From: a virus
DNA length: 64,000 nt
IMG/VR virus record: IMGVR_UViG_3300017766_003354
Location: 64,001 to 128,000 of that record
Direction: 5' to 3' (one strand)
The notes under the pieces are model-generated. The model ran no database searches. It had not been told where the DNA came from and was given only the letters and a program-made list of their open reading frames with translations. Below, piece by piece: positions 35,384 through 45,011 of the stretch (positions are counted from its first letter, which is position 1; the number at the start of each line of letters is the position of its first letter). A program made the position numbers and the translations under genes.

Positions 35384-37095
35384 GTAGAGCGCACCAAAAA
35401 TGTTCTAGTTCTCAAAAAGCCATCGACATCAGTAAAATTCATCGTCATTTCTTCCCATCCGCTTGGAGGGAAAATATAATCGCCAGAATTAATTGGAAGA
35501 GTAATTGGTTCTGGAATATTGATTGTCTTAGTGCCAGTAGAAGTAATTTGTCCGTCTGTCCAAGAAATGGATGAATCTCCAGTTGTAGTAACGAAGTTAA
35601 GTGTTCCGTTTTTGCCATTTGGCTCCAAAAATTGCCAATCGGCGTCTTGATCAAGCGTCATCAAGCCGTTCGACCAAGAGGCAAACACTTCTGAATTGAT
35701 ATTAATATACCCTTCAACACCATTACCCGTGAAGCCACCTCCTCCACCTCCTCCAGTTCCAGTAGAAAAGATATCAATTCTGCCGTTATTTTGAATTTTG
35801 CCGTCAATCCAAGAAATATTAGTATTCGTCCCATCTAACCAAAGTTGGCCAGTTTTTTCTACCCAATCAGACGCCTTGAACTTGCTCCAAGTATTGTCTT
35901 GTTTGATGTAAAGATAATTGCCTGTTTTTGTAATGAGTCCATTTGGCCCAAATAAATCGCCGCTACTCGAAGGCTGATAGGCGTTTAGTCCCTCTGCAAT
36001 CAAAGTCCCTGCAATTTTAGTATTGCCAAAACTATCCACAACTATTTGCTTGGAACTCGCATCTGCAAATTCATTTTCAGTTCCAACAATGAAACAAGTA
36101 TCCAAATCAGAGTCCCCATTGACAAGATTTGAAAACTGAGTTGATTCAGCGAAGGCATCGAAGAGAATGGCTATAGAATTTTTGGAGACGACCTTGAAAA
36201 GATTGCCTTCTGGAACTGCGTTGTTTTCAGATAGCTGAACGTAATTTGCCGAGACGCCAGTTGTCGAAATAATTGAAGCTGAATTCAAGAAGAGATCATC
36301 GGCAAAAGTCTTGTCTCCAGAAATAACTTGCGCTCCTGTTTTTTGGACAGAATTCGAAACTTGTGGCGTCAAGTTTCCACTTAAAGTATTGATTTTTGAA
36401 TTCAATGTTGAACCTGTCGCGGCAATACTGGCAGCCAAAATCCCACTAGCCCCAGTCAAATCAGAAGAAGAAGTAAGAATTGATCCTTTGTAATAAATAT
36501 CGCCGCCCACACTAATACTGCCCGAAAAAATACCAGAACTACTAGGACTCAAATAAAGACTATTCAAGGCCCCGAGATAAAGATTGTCTTGCATATAGAC
36601 CTTGGACGCAACATAAGATCCTCCAGTAAATGAGATATACAGGGCGTTATTTTTATTGGCGTTTACGACTACGCTCGATTGGTCTTGTAGAATAGTCGTG
36701 CCAGTAGTAGCAATAAAACTACAAAAACTTCCTCCAAGGATTGTATTTTTGTGAGAATTCTCATCAATTGAACAATTGAAGCCATTTACAATCACGTTAT
36801 CATTTCCGAGAATTGTCGAATCATCCCCGTTTACAAGAACATTCCCTGTTCCACCAATATTATTCCCCGTGCCACCAATAACATCGTTATATTCAGAACT
36901 GTAAAAATTCGAAGAATCTGGGACAGAAACATCTGATCCATTAATACTGAGATTCCCGACAATATTAAAATCGCCAGAAATTGTGGGCGAAAGATTGCCA
37001 TACACGTAATTCGCCCCCTGCGAAAAATTCACATGTCCGCTCGGACTTGAAAAAGTGTGCAGATTTATCTGTTGTGGTTGAATTTTGGAATACAT
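35380..37095 (-). CDS. tail fibre-like protein
   Basis: Beta-helix-like GxxN repeats, TGAQVISGDKTF fibre motif, poly-Gly hinge; GTGTAA at 37124-37119. Confidence 0.65.
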   Translation of the reverse strand: MYSKIQPQQINLHTFSSPSGHVNFSQGANYVYGNLSPTISGDFNIVGNLSINGSDVSVPDSSNFYSSEYNDVIGGTGNNIGGTGNVLVNGDDSTILGNDNVIVNGFNCSIDENSHKNTILGGSFCSFIATTGTTILQDQSSVVVNANKNNALYISFTGGSYVASKVYMQDNLYLGALNSLYLSPSSSGIFSGSISVGGDIYYKGSILTSSSDLTGASGILAASIAATGSTLNSKINTLSGNLTPQVSNSVQKTGAQVISGDKTFADDLFLNSASIISTTGVSANYVQLSENNAVPEGNLFKVVSKNSIAILFDAFAESTQFSNLVNGDSDLDTCFIVGTENEFADASSKQIVVDSFGNTKIAGTLIAEGLNAYQPSSSGDLFGPNGLITKTGNYLYIKQDNTWSKFKASDWVEKTGQLWLDGTNTNISWIDGKIQNNGRIDIFSTGTGGGGGGGFTGNGVEGYININSEVFASWSNGLMTLDQDADWQFLEPNGKNGTLNFVTTTGDSSISWTDGQITSTGTKTINIPEPITLPINSGDYIFPPSGWEEMTMNFTDVDGFLRTRTFLVRST

Positions 37096-37129
37096 GCGTT
37101 ACAATACCTCAGAAACAATTACACGAAAA

Positions 37130-37738
37130 ATGAGATACCAACTTTACAAACCAAATTCCAAGAATACTGGCTGCGCTGCTTCTTTCAATGTCGGGCGCAA
37201 CAGGGACGGAAGTCCATGCCTTTTTATTAATACTGTCCAGCAAAGCGGCTGGAATGATCAAACCAAGACAGGCTCTTTCAAGGAGAACGCCAAAAATCCT
37301 CAAAAATCAGCCACTGTAAAAATGAATGCAAACGAGGCTGGAGAAATGATTTCTTCGATTCAGTCTCGAACCCCAGTCGTGTTTTTCCACAAAAATAATG
37401 AGGATACGACAATCATTACCTTTTCTCCTTGGGATAAGGACCGCAAGGTAAAGCTTCAGGGAGGAGAATCGACATTCAAGAGTCTCGCTTGGGGACTTTC
37501 CATCTCTAAAAATTCTTCGACTCATTATAAGGTCGCTTTTGAAGCTGGAGAAAGTGAAGTATTTAAGGTTTTGCTTGTGGATTTTATCCAGCAATGCCTT
37601 TTCCACGAAGCTAATAAGTATCAAGGTAATGAAGATTCGTCCGCATCGGGCGGTAATGAACTTTTGGGAGGAAATTCCAGCAGCCAGACCCCAGAGAATG
37701 AGCCTGCGGAAGAAGACGAGGATTCAGTCCCGTTTTAA
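37130..37738 (+). CDS. putative single-stranded DNA-binding protein
   Basis: Aromatic beta-rich core, flexible linker and acidic tail ending EEDEDSVPF. Start at ATG 37130, behind TTGAAT-N16-TACAAT (37078-37105). Confidence 0.6.
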   Translation: MRYQLYKPNSKNTGCAASFNVGRNRDGSPCLFINTVQQSGWNDQTKTGSFKENAKNPQKSATVKMNANEAGEMISSIQSRTPVVFFHKNNEDTTIITFSPWDKDRKVKLQGGESTFKSLAWGLSISKNSSTHYKVAFEAGESEVFKVLLVDFIQQCLFHEANKYQGNEDSSASGGNELLGGNSSSQTPENEPAEEDEDSVPF

Positions 37739-37741
37739 AAT

Positions 37742-38215
37742 ATGGAAGAGAAGGTGTGTTTTAAATGTGGCCAAATTCTGCCTCTGAGTGATTTTTATCG
37801 TCATTCTCAGATGGCAGATGGCCATGTCAACAAATGCAAGGAATGTAATAAAAAAGACGTTCAAGAGGATTACAAGAGAAAAATTGTCGATCCAGAATGG
37901 AGGCTTAAAGAAAGAGAACGAAGCAGGGAGAAAATGCGAACTGCTAGAGGCAATGGGAAATATCTTTCTATTCCTCCAGACAAGAAGAGAGGATCCCTTA
38001 AAAGATATACGGATAAGTATCCAGAAAAAAAGATTGCAAGAAACAAATCTCAACGCCTAAATCCCGAGCCTTGTGTAGTTTGTGGTTCAACCGAAAACCT
38101 TGAAGGCCATCACGAAGACTATTCGAAACCAGAAGATATAACTTGGCTTTGTCGCAAGCATCATTACGAAAGGCATGTCGAAATTAGAAAACAACAATTA
38201 CTAGATGGCAGATAG
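37742..38215 (+). CDS. HNH endonuclease
   Basis: CFKC...CKEC; CVVC...GHHEDYSKP...WLCRKHH..RH. Confidence 0.8.
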   Translation: MEEKVCFKCGQILPLSDFYRHSQMADGHVNKCKECNKKDVQEDYKRKIVDPEWRLKERERSREKMRTARGNGKYLSIPPDKKRGSLKRYTDKYPEKKIARNKSQRLNPEPCVVCGSTENLEGHHEDYSKPEDITWLCRKHHYERHVEIRKQQLLDGR

Positions 38216-39938
38216 AATCAAAGTATTGCTCCATAGCAACTATTCTAGGATGATTACTGGGTTTGGAAAGAATATGCGTAATATTCTCCTAGCCCTATAT
38301 CAAGATCCAGAATTCGAAATAATTGAAGCTGCGAATGGCGTCTCCTATGGTCGGGACGCCAAAACGCCTTGGAAATCATTCGGCACTGGTCCGTCTAGCC
38401 AAGAGCTAATTAATTCTCTCGGCCAAGACCAAGCTAAACAGCGGGCCGCCGCTTATGGGTTCTATGAGATTGATAAAATCGTAGCAGAAGTAAAGCCTGA
38501 TGTTTATTTAGGCATCGAAGATATTTGGGCGTTCAATGGATTTGTTGACACAAAACCTTGGTGGAATGAGACTAAAAAGATAATCTGGACGACCCTAGAT
38601 AGCCTCCCTATTCTCCCAGAGGCTTACACAATGGCCAATTCTTGTGATAAGTTTTTAGTTTGGGCGGGTTTCTCTGAAGAGGAGATGAAAAAAACGGGAT
38701 GCAAAAATGTCGAAACTCTTCATGGCGCGGTGGATTATTCTAATTTCAAACCTCTCGCCAATCGAGAAGAATTGAGAAAAAGACATGGTTTACAGGATAG
38801 TTTTGTAATTGGATTTGTCTTTAAAAACCAGCTTCGGAAATCTGTTCCAAATCTTTTGGATGGGTTCAGGCTTTTCAAGGCAAAAGTCCCTAATGCAAAA
38901 CTAATTCTTCATACAGATTGGGCCGACAAAGAACACGGCTGGGACATAATGAGATACCTCAAGGAAAAGGGTTTGAGCGCCGATGACGTTTTGTGCTCTT
39001 ATTCCTGCGAAGCTTGCGGAGAGTATTCTTTGGGAGCTTATTCTGGACCAGAGTTAGATTGTCCTCATTGCGGGGCGGCAAAAAAATTCAAAACAAAAAG
39101 TTCTGGACACGGCTTGTCAGAACTCCAATTAAATGAGATTTACAACCTGATGGATGTTTACTGTCACCCGTTTACCAGCGGTGGGCAAGAACTCCCAATC
39201 CAAGAAGCAAAAGCCGCAGGACTCATTACACTGGTCACAGAATACTCTTGTGGGACTGATTCGTGCTATCCAGAACAAGGCGGGCTTCCTCTTGCGTGGA
39301 ACGAATATAGAGAACCTCATTCTCAATTTATTAAAGCTTCTACTTGTCCAGAGAGCATTTGTTCTCGACTTGATCAAGTTTATAGCATGTCTCCAGAGGA
39401 GAAAGTTTCTCTGATCCAAAATGGAAAAGAATGGGTTAAAAAGGAATTCTCTGTCCAATCTGTCGTCTCCCGCCTAAAACAAATAATCAAAGAAGTCCAC
39501 GCCGCCCCACTTGTTAAAGCAGAGCAAAAAAATCTCCCACAAGAAAACAAAAGAACCGAATTCGATACCCTCTTAGATAAAGAGAGAAAAGATAGAATCC
39601 TATTCGTCCTACCGCAAAGCGAAGAAGACGTATTCGTGGCAACCTCTCTTTTGCCGAATATCAAAGAAACCTACCCCGACAAAGACATCTATTTTGCCAC
39701 GAAGCCAGAAAACAAAGAGTTTCTTTTAGGTAATCCTTTTGTTTATAAAATTCTGGACTTTCACCCTCAGATGGAAAACCTTTTAATGATGGAAGGACAA
39801 GGAGAAAATCATGAAGGGTATTTTGAAATTTGTTTTCTGCCTCACGTTGGAACTCAAAAAGTCCTCGATTACATTCATCACGGCAAAGATAAGATTGCCT
39901 TAAATATTTATTCTCCCAATTACAATGTCACCCATTGA
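38205..39938 (+). CDS. GT4 glycosyltransferase with inserted Zn ribbon and a C-terminal GT9-like half domain
   Basis: TGFG, NQLRK, CEAC..CPHC, GGQELPIQEA; tail RILFV...DVFVATSLL..IKETYP...NPFV. Confidence 0.8.
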   Translation: MADRIKVLLHSNYSRMITGFGKNMRNILLALYQDPEFEIIEAANGVSYGRDAKTPWKSFGTGPSSQELINSLGQDQAKQRAAAYGFYEIDKIVAEVKPDVYLGIEDIWAFNGFVDTKPWWNETKKIIWTTLDSLPILPEAYTMANSCDKFLVWAGFSEEEMKKTGCKNVETLHGAVDYSNFKPLANREELRKRHGLQDSFVIGFVFKNQLRKSVPNLLDGFRLFKAKVPNAKLILHTDWADKEHGWDIMRYLKEKGLSADDVLCSYSCEACGEYSLGAYSGPELDCPHCGAAKKFKTKSSGHGLSELQLNEIYNLMDVYCHPFTSGGQELPIQEAKAAGLITLVTEYSCGTDSCYPEQGGLPLAWNEYREPHSQFIKASTCPESICSRLDQVYSMSPEEKVSLIQNGKEWVKKEFSVQSVVSRLKQIIKEVHAAPLVKAEQKNLPQENKRTEFDTLLDKERKDRILFVLPQSEEDVFVATSLLPNIKETYPDKDIYFATKPENKEFLLGNPFVYKILDFHPQMENLLMMEGQGENHEGYFEICFLPHVGTQKVLDYIHHGKDKIALNIYSPNYNVTH

Positions 39939-41046
39939 ACGTTACGCGCTTTCTACTGGAGTCAAAATAGAAAATCCCCAAATTCTTGAGCACTTTTATC
40001 CTGTTTCGGCGGATAAATATGTTTGCTTTGGGCCGTCTAAAAAGGATAACTTAAGAGACTATGATTTTTGGAATCTAGTAATTGAGCTTATTTCTCCCGT
40101 CTTAAAAGGAATGGGTTATACAACAGTTCAAATTGGCACCCAAAAAGATGACCCCATTGGGTGCGATATTGATTTGCGCGGAAAACTTAATATCAGACAG
40201 GCTGCGGGCGTCTTAAAGAATTGCGAGTTTTTTGTTGGAGTTGATACTTTTTTAACTCATATCGCCGCATTTCAAGGCAAGCCTATCGTGGCGATTTATG
40301 CTGCTTCTTTTTTGGAGTGCTGCAAGCCTCATTGGGGCGACTTTTCAAAGCACCACCTTATTCAAACGCCGAGAGGAGAAAAAGAAAATCCGTCTTTTAT
40401 CCTGAACGAAAATCCAAAATCAATCAACCGAATTAAGCCAGAAGAAATAGTCTCTAAGATAGTCAAAATTCTTGGAGTGAATTTCGATCCAAGATTTAGA
40501 ACTCTTTATGTCGGGCCGCGCTTTAAAGATGAGTGTGTTGACGTTATTCCTTTTAGCTTCTCCAAGGTGGTGAGCGACAAGATTAACATTCGAATGGACA
40601 TCTTTCATGGAGAAAAAGAGCTTCAGCAAATTCTCCAAAACAATCGCGCCGAAGTTACAATTAGAACTTCTTTCGAATTAAATTTCCAGAATGTGCGTAA
40701 TATTAAGTCGGTTAATTATGTTTCGGATTCTTTTGATACTCAGTTTATTGAACGTCTCAAAAAGCTAGGAATTAAAATAACCCTACTCTGCACATCAGAG
40801 GATGCCCTCTCCCGCGAAAGGTTTAAGCTTTTCGATTATACCATCAATCTTTTTCAGCCCGATAAACTCATAGAAGAAAACAAAAAGAAACTTACAAAAG
40901 ACCCCTTTCTTGTTTCCACCATTAGCTCTAAAAAAGTAATCTGCGGAGACAAAGCTTTTAATTCTCTTTTCGAATATTCGAAGAAAGTTGATGACTTTTT
41001 TGTTGACTTGGATTGGCTTTATGTTTACGATAGAGGGCATGAATGA
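39925..41046 (+). CDS. GT9 (heptosyltransferase-like) domain protein
   Basis: VQIG, DLRGKLNIRQAA, FVGVDTFLTHIAA, INRIKPEEI. Confidence 0.75.
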   Translation: MSPIERYALSTGVKIENPQILEHFYPVSADKYVCFGPSKKDNLRDYDFWNLVIELISPVLKGMGYTTVQIGTQKDDPIGCDIDLRGKLNIRQAAGVLKNCEFFVGVDTFLTHIAAFQGKPIVAIYAASFLECCKPHWGDFSKHHLIQTPRGEKENPSFILNENPKSINRIKPEEIVSKIVKILGVNFDPRFRTLYVGPRFKDECVDVIPFSFSKVVSDKINIRMDIFHGEKELQQILQNNRAEVTIRTSFELNFQNVRNIKSVNYVSDSFDTQFIERLKKLGIKITLLCTSEDALSRERFKLFDYTINLFQPDKLIEENKKKLTKDPFLVSTISSKKVICGDKAFNSLFEYSKKVDDFFVDLDWLYVYDRGHE

Positions 41047-41806
41047 AGAAGCTCTAGCTAATATTGCTAAATATCAAAGAGGAGAACACGGCCTTCTAGA
41101 AAACGTCAATTATGTCTTCAATGAAGACGGATCGGTTAATTGGCGGGCGATGATTAAGCCTGAGTTCCTATACGTGAATAAAGGATGGTTTGAACAAAGA
41201 AACAAAGAAGTCCCAACTTCAATCGAAGGCTTACAAGATAAGCAATTGTTAATTATGTTGGGCGGAATTAAAGAGTTGGCGAAATTGAGGGGCTATCGTG
41301 GGGTTCAATATGGGTTGACTCGCGATGAAGGCAACGATTATATTTCTTCCTCTTGTCGAATTGACTGGATGCCAAATTATGAAACTAATGGAGAAGAAGT
41401 CTCGTATGAAGATTGCGCCAACGCTTCATTTGACAACACAGATTCTTTTTGTCACAAGTTCTTGGAAACGATGGCTTGTAATCGGGCGTTTGTCCGCTGT
41501 GTCCGTAATTTTCTAAATATTCACATCGTTGGAGCAGATGAAATTGATAAATCTGATCCAAATTTCTCCAGAGATTCTCCAGAATCTTCAAGTGCTAGCG
41601 AGCTATCTATTCTTCAGCCTCACAGCCTTCTCGAAAGAACGGCCAACGAAAAAGGAATTGAATCTTTTGATGGTTTCGTGGAATGGCTGAGAGAATGCCA
41701 TAAGAACAAAACCTACGTAAATCCAGATCAAGTAAAACTTTGGAAAGGCTATAAGGACATCCCCGCAAAGGAATGCCGCGCCCTTTCGAAGCTTCTGAAG
41801 AGTTAG
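41039..41806 (+). CDS. putative ssDNA-annealing protein (Rad52/Red-beta-like)
   Basis: LGGIKELAKLRG...ETMACNRAFVRCVRNFLNI...DE pattern; start at ATG 41039. Confidence 0.45.
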   Translation: MNEEALANIAKYQRGEHGLLENVNYVFNEDGSVNWRAMIKPEFLYVNKGWFEQRNKEVPTSIEGLQDKQLLIMLGGIKELAKLRGYRGVQYGLTRDEGNDYISSSCRIDWMPNYETNGEEVSYEDCANASFDNTDSFCHKFLETMACNRAFVRCVRNFLNIHIVGADEIDKSDPNFSRDSPESSSASELSILQPHSLLERTANEKGIESFDGFVEWLRECHKNKTYVNPDQVKLWKGYKDIPAKECRALSKLLKS

Positions 41807-44247
41807 TGGATCTTGAAGAAGTTCTTCGCTCCAGCAGAGAAGCCTTGTCGATAATTAAACGTCGATGAGGCTTTCGCCTTGTTGATGACAAGGTTCTGGT
41901 CGAGAGGAATAAGGTTTTTATTACTCTTAGACACCGTAGTAGTAATTCCTGATTCAGAGAAGGAAAGAGAAATAGAGTCTAGCGTAATATCGATGGTATC
42001 AGGAATTTGCAGACCCGCATAGGAAATAGTGGAAGACAACAGATCATTCTGAACAACCCCCAATTCTTCATCTTCAGCATTGGCTAAAATTTGAATATCT
42101 TGGATAGACCCGCTGAAATTTTTTAGCTCGGTTTTGCAGAATTTCTGGCGTCCAAAAGATTTTACTTTTTGATAAACGAATTCAATAGGAAAGTTTTCTT
42201 TCTCGCCCTCTCCGCTGGTTCCGTCTTGGCCGACCTCAATTCTTGAGAAGGTGATTCTATAAGAGTCTTTTAGTCGTTTCACTGCTTGCTGAAATTGCAG
42301 GGCAGATCCCTTAAATGCGTTCTTAATATTTTCTTTCAACCTTTCATTAATGGCAATTTTATTTGTCGAGCCAGTCGAATTTGCTACGTTAAAATCCAAA
42401 ATACATTCCTCATATAAATTTTCTTCCGCCACGACTTTTTTAACTGGCTTCAACGGCGCTCTGGCAAAGTAGAAATATTTTTCCGAAGGCTCTCCGATAC
42501 CAACAGCAATATCGGCATGGTTGGCAATGCCAAGAATTGTAATAGCGTCTGCCCCAGCAGGATCGAAGACTCTCGCCAGATCATAAAACGCACTTAACTC
42601 TTCTGTGTCTTTTAGCTTTTGTGTGGCTGGAAACGGCCCAATGACACTAATTTGACCTCCTGTAGAATCATGCCTGTCTTTAAAAGTTCCAGATACTCCA
42701 TTAGAAATATATAAAGTTCCGAACAAAGAATAGTAATCTTCCAATGCTTTATAAATAGGGGTATCACTAGGGAAAGGCATGGCCTTACTTTCAGTGGATT
42801 GAAAGCTATAGTATAAAGTATTGCGCAAATCAATATAAGGCTTGAATGTTTCGTTCAACTTCGCGTTTAAAGATGAGGAATTAACAAGCTCTTCATATCT
42901 TTTTACTTGTCCCCTTTCGGCTAAAGTCGCAGGGTATAAAGAACCTAAAGATGGAAAAATAGTTTCATCTGATAGGTGCATCGCCATCAGAAAATATTTA
43001 TCGAAACTTTGATCGGAAAGAGTAGCTCCAGAACAAAAAAATGGATAAAATAGTTGGGCGACTTTAATAAAGTCGGCGGCCTGTCCTTCTGATGGGAAAA
43101 ACTTATGCATATCAACTCGCGAAAAGGCTAATTGACGAATTCTTGATGTTGCATCATGGCTCCAACCTTCTGTATATGGAGCCGTTGTTCCCATATAAGA
43201 GGCAACAGTAAACGGAGATCTGCCCCCTTCTGTAAAAGAGCAGGAAGTTATATTCTCATCAGTTAGTTTTAATGGGTCAGTTATTTCCAATTCTGAGGCT
43301 TCTTTCGAAGAGATGAATTTAATAACCCCACCATCAGAACCCAAATTCACATACCAATAAAACCCATAATAAGAGGCAATATCAGAAAGACAATCTCTCA
43401 AGTTGCCCGAAGTTTCAAAAAGGTTATCTCCTTTATCGGTAAGTGGATTTTCTTCAAACTCTACTCCTACCGCCTCCAAAGCAAAGAAGAACTCTTTTGC
43501 CGTATAACCATAACGCAACGTCGCTTTAGTCGCGTCGATTTGTTGGGATTGGGTTGGGTCAATTGACGCCGTTCTCCCAAGAGGGGTTTTTACTGGAACC
43601 CGTTTAGTAAACTCAGAGTCCAAAGACAAGACATCAATCTTCTGATTACTTCTACCGTTGTAAACCTGAAAAGATTTTTGGTTGCGAATATCTTGACTTA
43701 CCACGCTATAAGACGCGCCAATAATGAGCAAATTGCGGGATTCATCTTTATAGACATTATTTTCCATGTAGCGACCATCTGTTTCCAGCATGGACGTTGG
43801 AACGTATTCCTCTCTTGGTCCAAACGCTCTTTGTGGAAGCTCGGAACACGCATAAACTGGGCCAGAAAACTTTAATTTTCCATTAGGATCTGCGCTCTCA
43901 TTTAGAAAAGAATCTTGTCCAGAAAATTGACGGGTAATAGCTGGAGCGGTGATGCCTCTGACCAAAACGACATATCTTTCTAAAAGCTCTGAAACCCTAT
44001 CAATGTATTTATATTCGACTTTTGTGGTTCGCGGGTCTTTGGAAGTCGTCTTAGATTCGAGAAGGAAGTTTTTCAATAATTCATTGATCTCAGAATTATT
44101 AACTTGGCTGGCTTTCCCAATTTTTGAAGAAGAAATCATCTCTACCGATTTATCGCCGCAAGAAACCCCGCCGACGATCTCTGTGATCGTGGCGCTATGA
44201 GAACTGCCATTGGCGGCAAAATTGATTTCGATGTTGGTAATACTCAC
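41803..44247 (-). CDS. tail tip/baseplate hub-like structural protein
   Basis: 814 aa, last gene of the post-tape-measure operon; IASYYGFYWYV segment. Confidence 0.55.
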   Translation of the reverse strand: MSITNIEINFAANGSSHSATITEIVGGVSCGDKSVEMISSSKIGKASQVNNSEINELLKNFLLESKTTSKDPRTTKVEYKYIDRVSELLERYVVLVRGITAPAITRQFSGQDSFLNESADPNGKLKFSGPVYACSELPQRAFGPREEYVPTSMLETDGRYMENNVYKDESRNLLIIGASYSVVSQDIRNQKSFQVYNGRSNQKIDVLSLDSEFTKRVPVKTPLGRTASIDPTQSQQIDATKATLRYGYTAKEFFFALEAVGVEFEENPLTDKGDNLFETSGNLRDCLSDIASYYGFYWYVNLGSDGGVIKFISSKEASELEITDPLKLTDENITSCSFTEGGRSPFTVASYMGTTAPYTEGWSHDATSRIRQLAFSRVDMHKFFPSEGQAADFIKVAQLFYPFFCSGATLSDQSFDKYFLMAMHLSDETIFPSLGSLYPATLAERGQVKRYEELVNSSSLNAKLNETFKPYIDLRNTLYYSFQSTESKAMPFPSDTPIYKALEDYYSLFGTLYISNGVSGTFKDRHDSTGGQISVIGPFPATQKLKDTEELSAFYDLARVFDPAGADAITILGIANHADIAVGIGEPSEKYFYFARAPLKPVKKVVAEENLYEECILDFNVANSTGSTNKIAINERLKENIKNAFKGSALQFQQAVKRLKDSYRITFSRIEVGQDGTSGEGEKENFPIEFVYQKVKSFGRQKFCKTELKNFSGSIQDIQILANAEDEELGVVQNDLLSSTISYAGLQIPDTIDITLDSISLSFSESGITTTVSKSNKNLIPLDQNLVINKAKASSTFNYRQGFSAGAKNFFKIH

Positions 44248-45011
44248 AGGTAAATTTCTATAAATTCTGAATCATCAATTTCTACAGCGGCAGAAATTCC
44301 AGTCTTCACCATAATTACACCTGTATGGAATTCTATCCAAGAATCGGGGTGTTGTTCGAGGCCATTCAGGTAGAAATTGTTGTTACTTTCAATGAAACCA
44401 GAACCGTAAACATCTCCGATTGTTCCCGTGATTTCGCGAGTTCCAGTAGGCTTCGGAATGCAAAACATTTTGCCTGTAACTGTTTCTAAATACTGGAATC
44501 CATTATTTGAGCCAGTAATAAAATAAGAATCTCCAGAACGGAGTTTTTGGCCATTAATAAAGAAATCTAAAGTATTCAAACTCCCAGTGCGCGTAGGCAT
44601 GAGGGAAGATATTGCCGATTGAATTCCCGTATTGAAAAACGAAACTCCAGTAGATTCAAAGATGGCCGATTTTTCTGAATTCCTTAAATCAAAAATCAGC
44701 CTTTTCTCTTGCATTCCAGAAACCGAGAAGTCGTTAGAATATAACCCCTTTAAATAAGAGTTCCCTGAATTGACATAATAATCACCACTCGTTTCATTAA
44801 TGGTGACGAACGGCAAAGTATTTGAGAAAAAGTCACCCTCTACAATTGTTTGAGAATTTAATGATACTATCGAAGAATGAACTCCAGTTACAGCAGAACT
44901 CATAAAAAAAGATCCCTCGCTAGAAGAAACCAAAAAATTAGTCTTCTGAGAAACCCCGCGACATCCACTGATAGAAGATTCGCCTGTCTTTAAATATAGG
45001 TCAAAATTCAT
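44244..45011 (-). CDS. virion structural protein
   Basis: Two F(F/Y)(I/L)NG motifs; Ser/Thr-Gly rich; translationally coupled. Confidence 0.55.
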   Translation of the reverse strand: MNFDLYLKTGESSISGCRGVSQKTNFLVSSSEGSFFMSSAVTGVHSSIVSLNSQTIVEGDFFSNTLPFVTINETSGDYYVNSGNSYLKGLYSNDFSVSGMQEKRLIFDLRNSEKSAIFESTGVSFFNTGIQSAISSLMPTRTGSLNTLDFFINGQKLRSGDSYFITGSNNGFQYLETVTGKMFCIPKPTGTREITGTIGDVYGSGFIESNNNFYLNGLEQHPDSWIEFHTGVIMVKTGISAAVEIDDSEFIEIYL

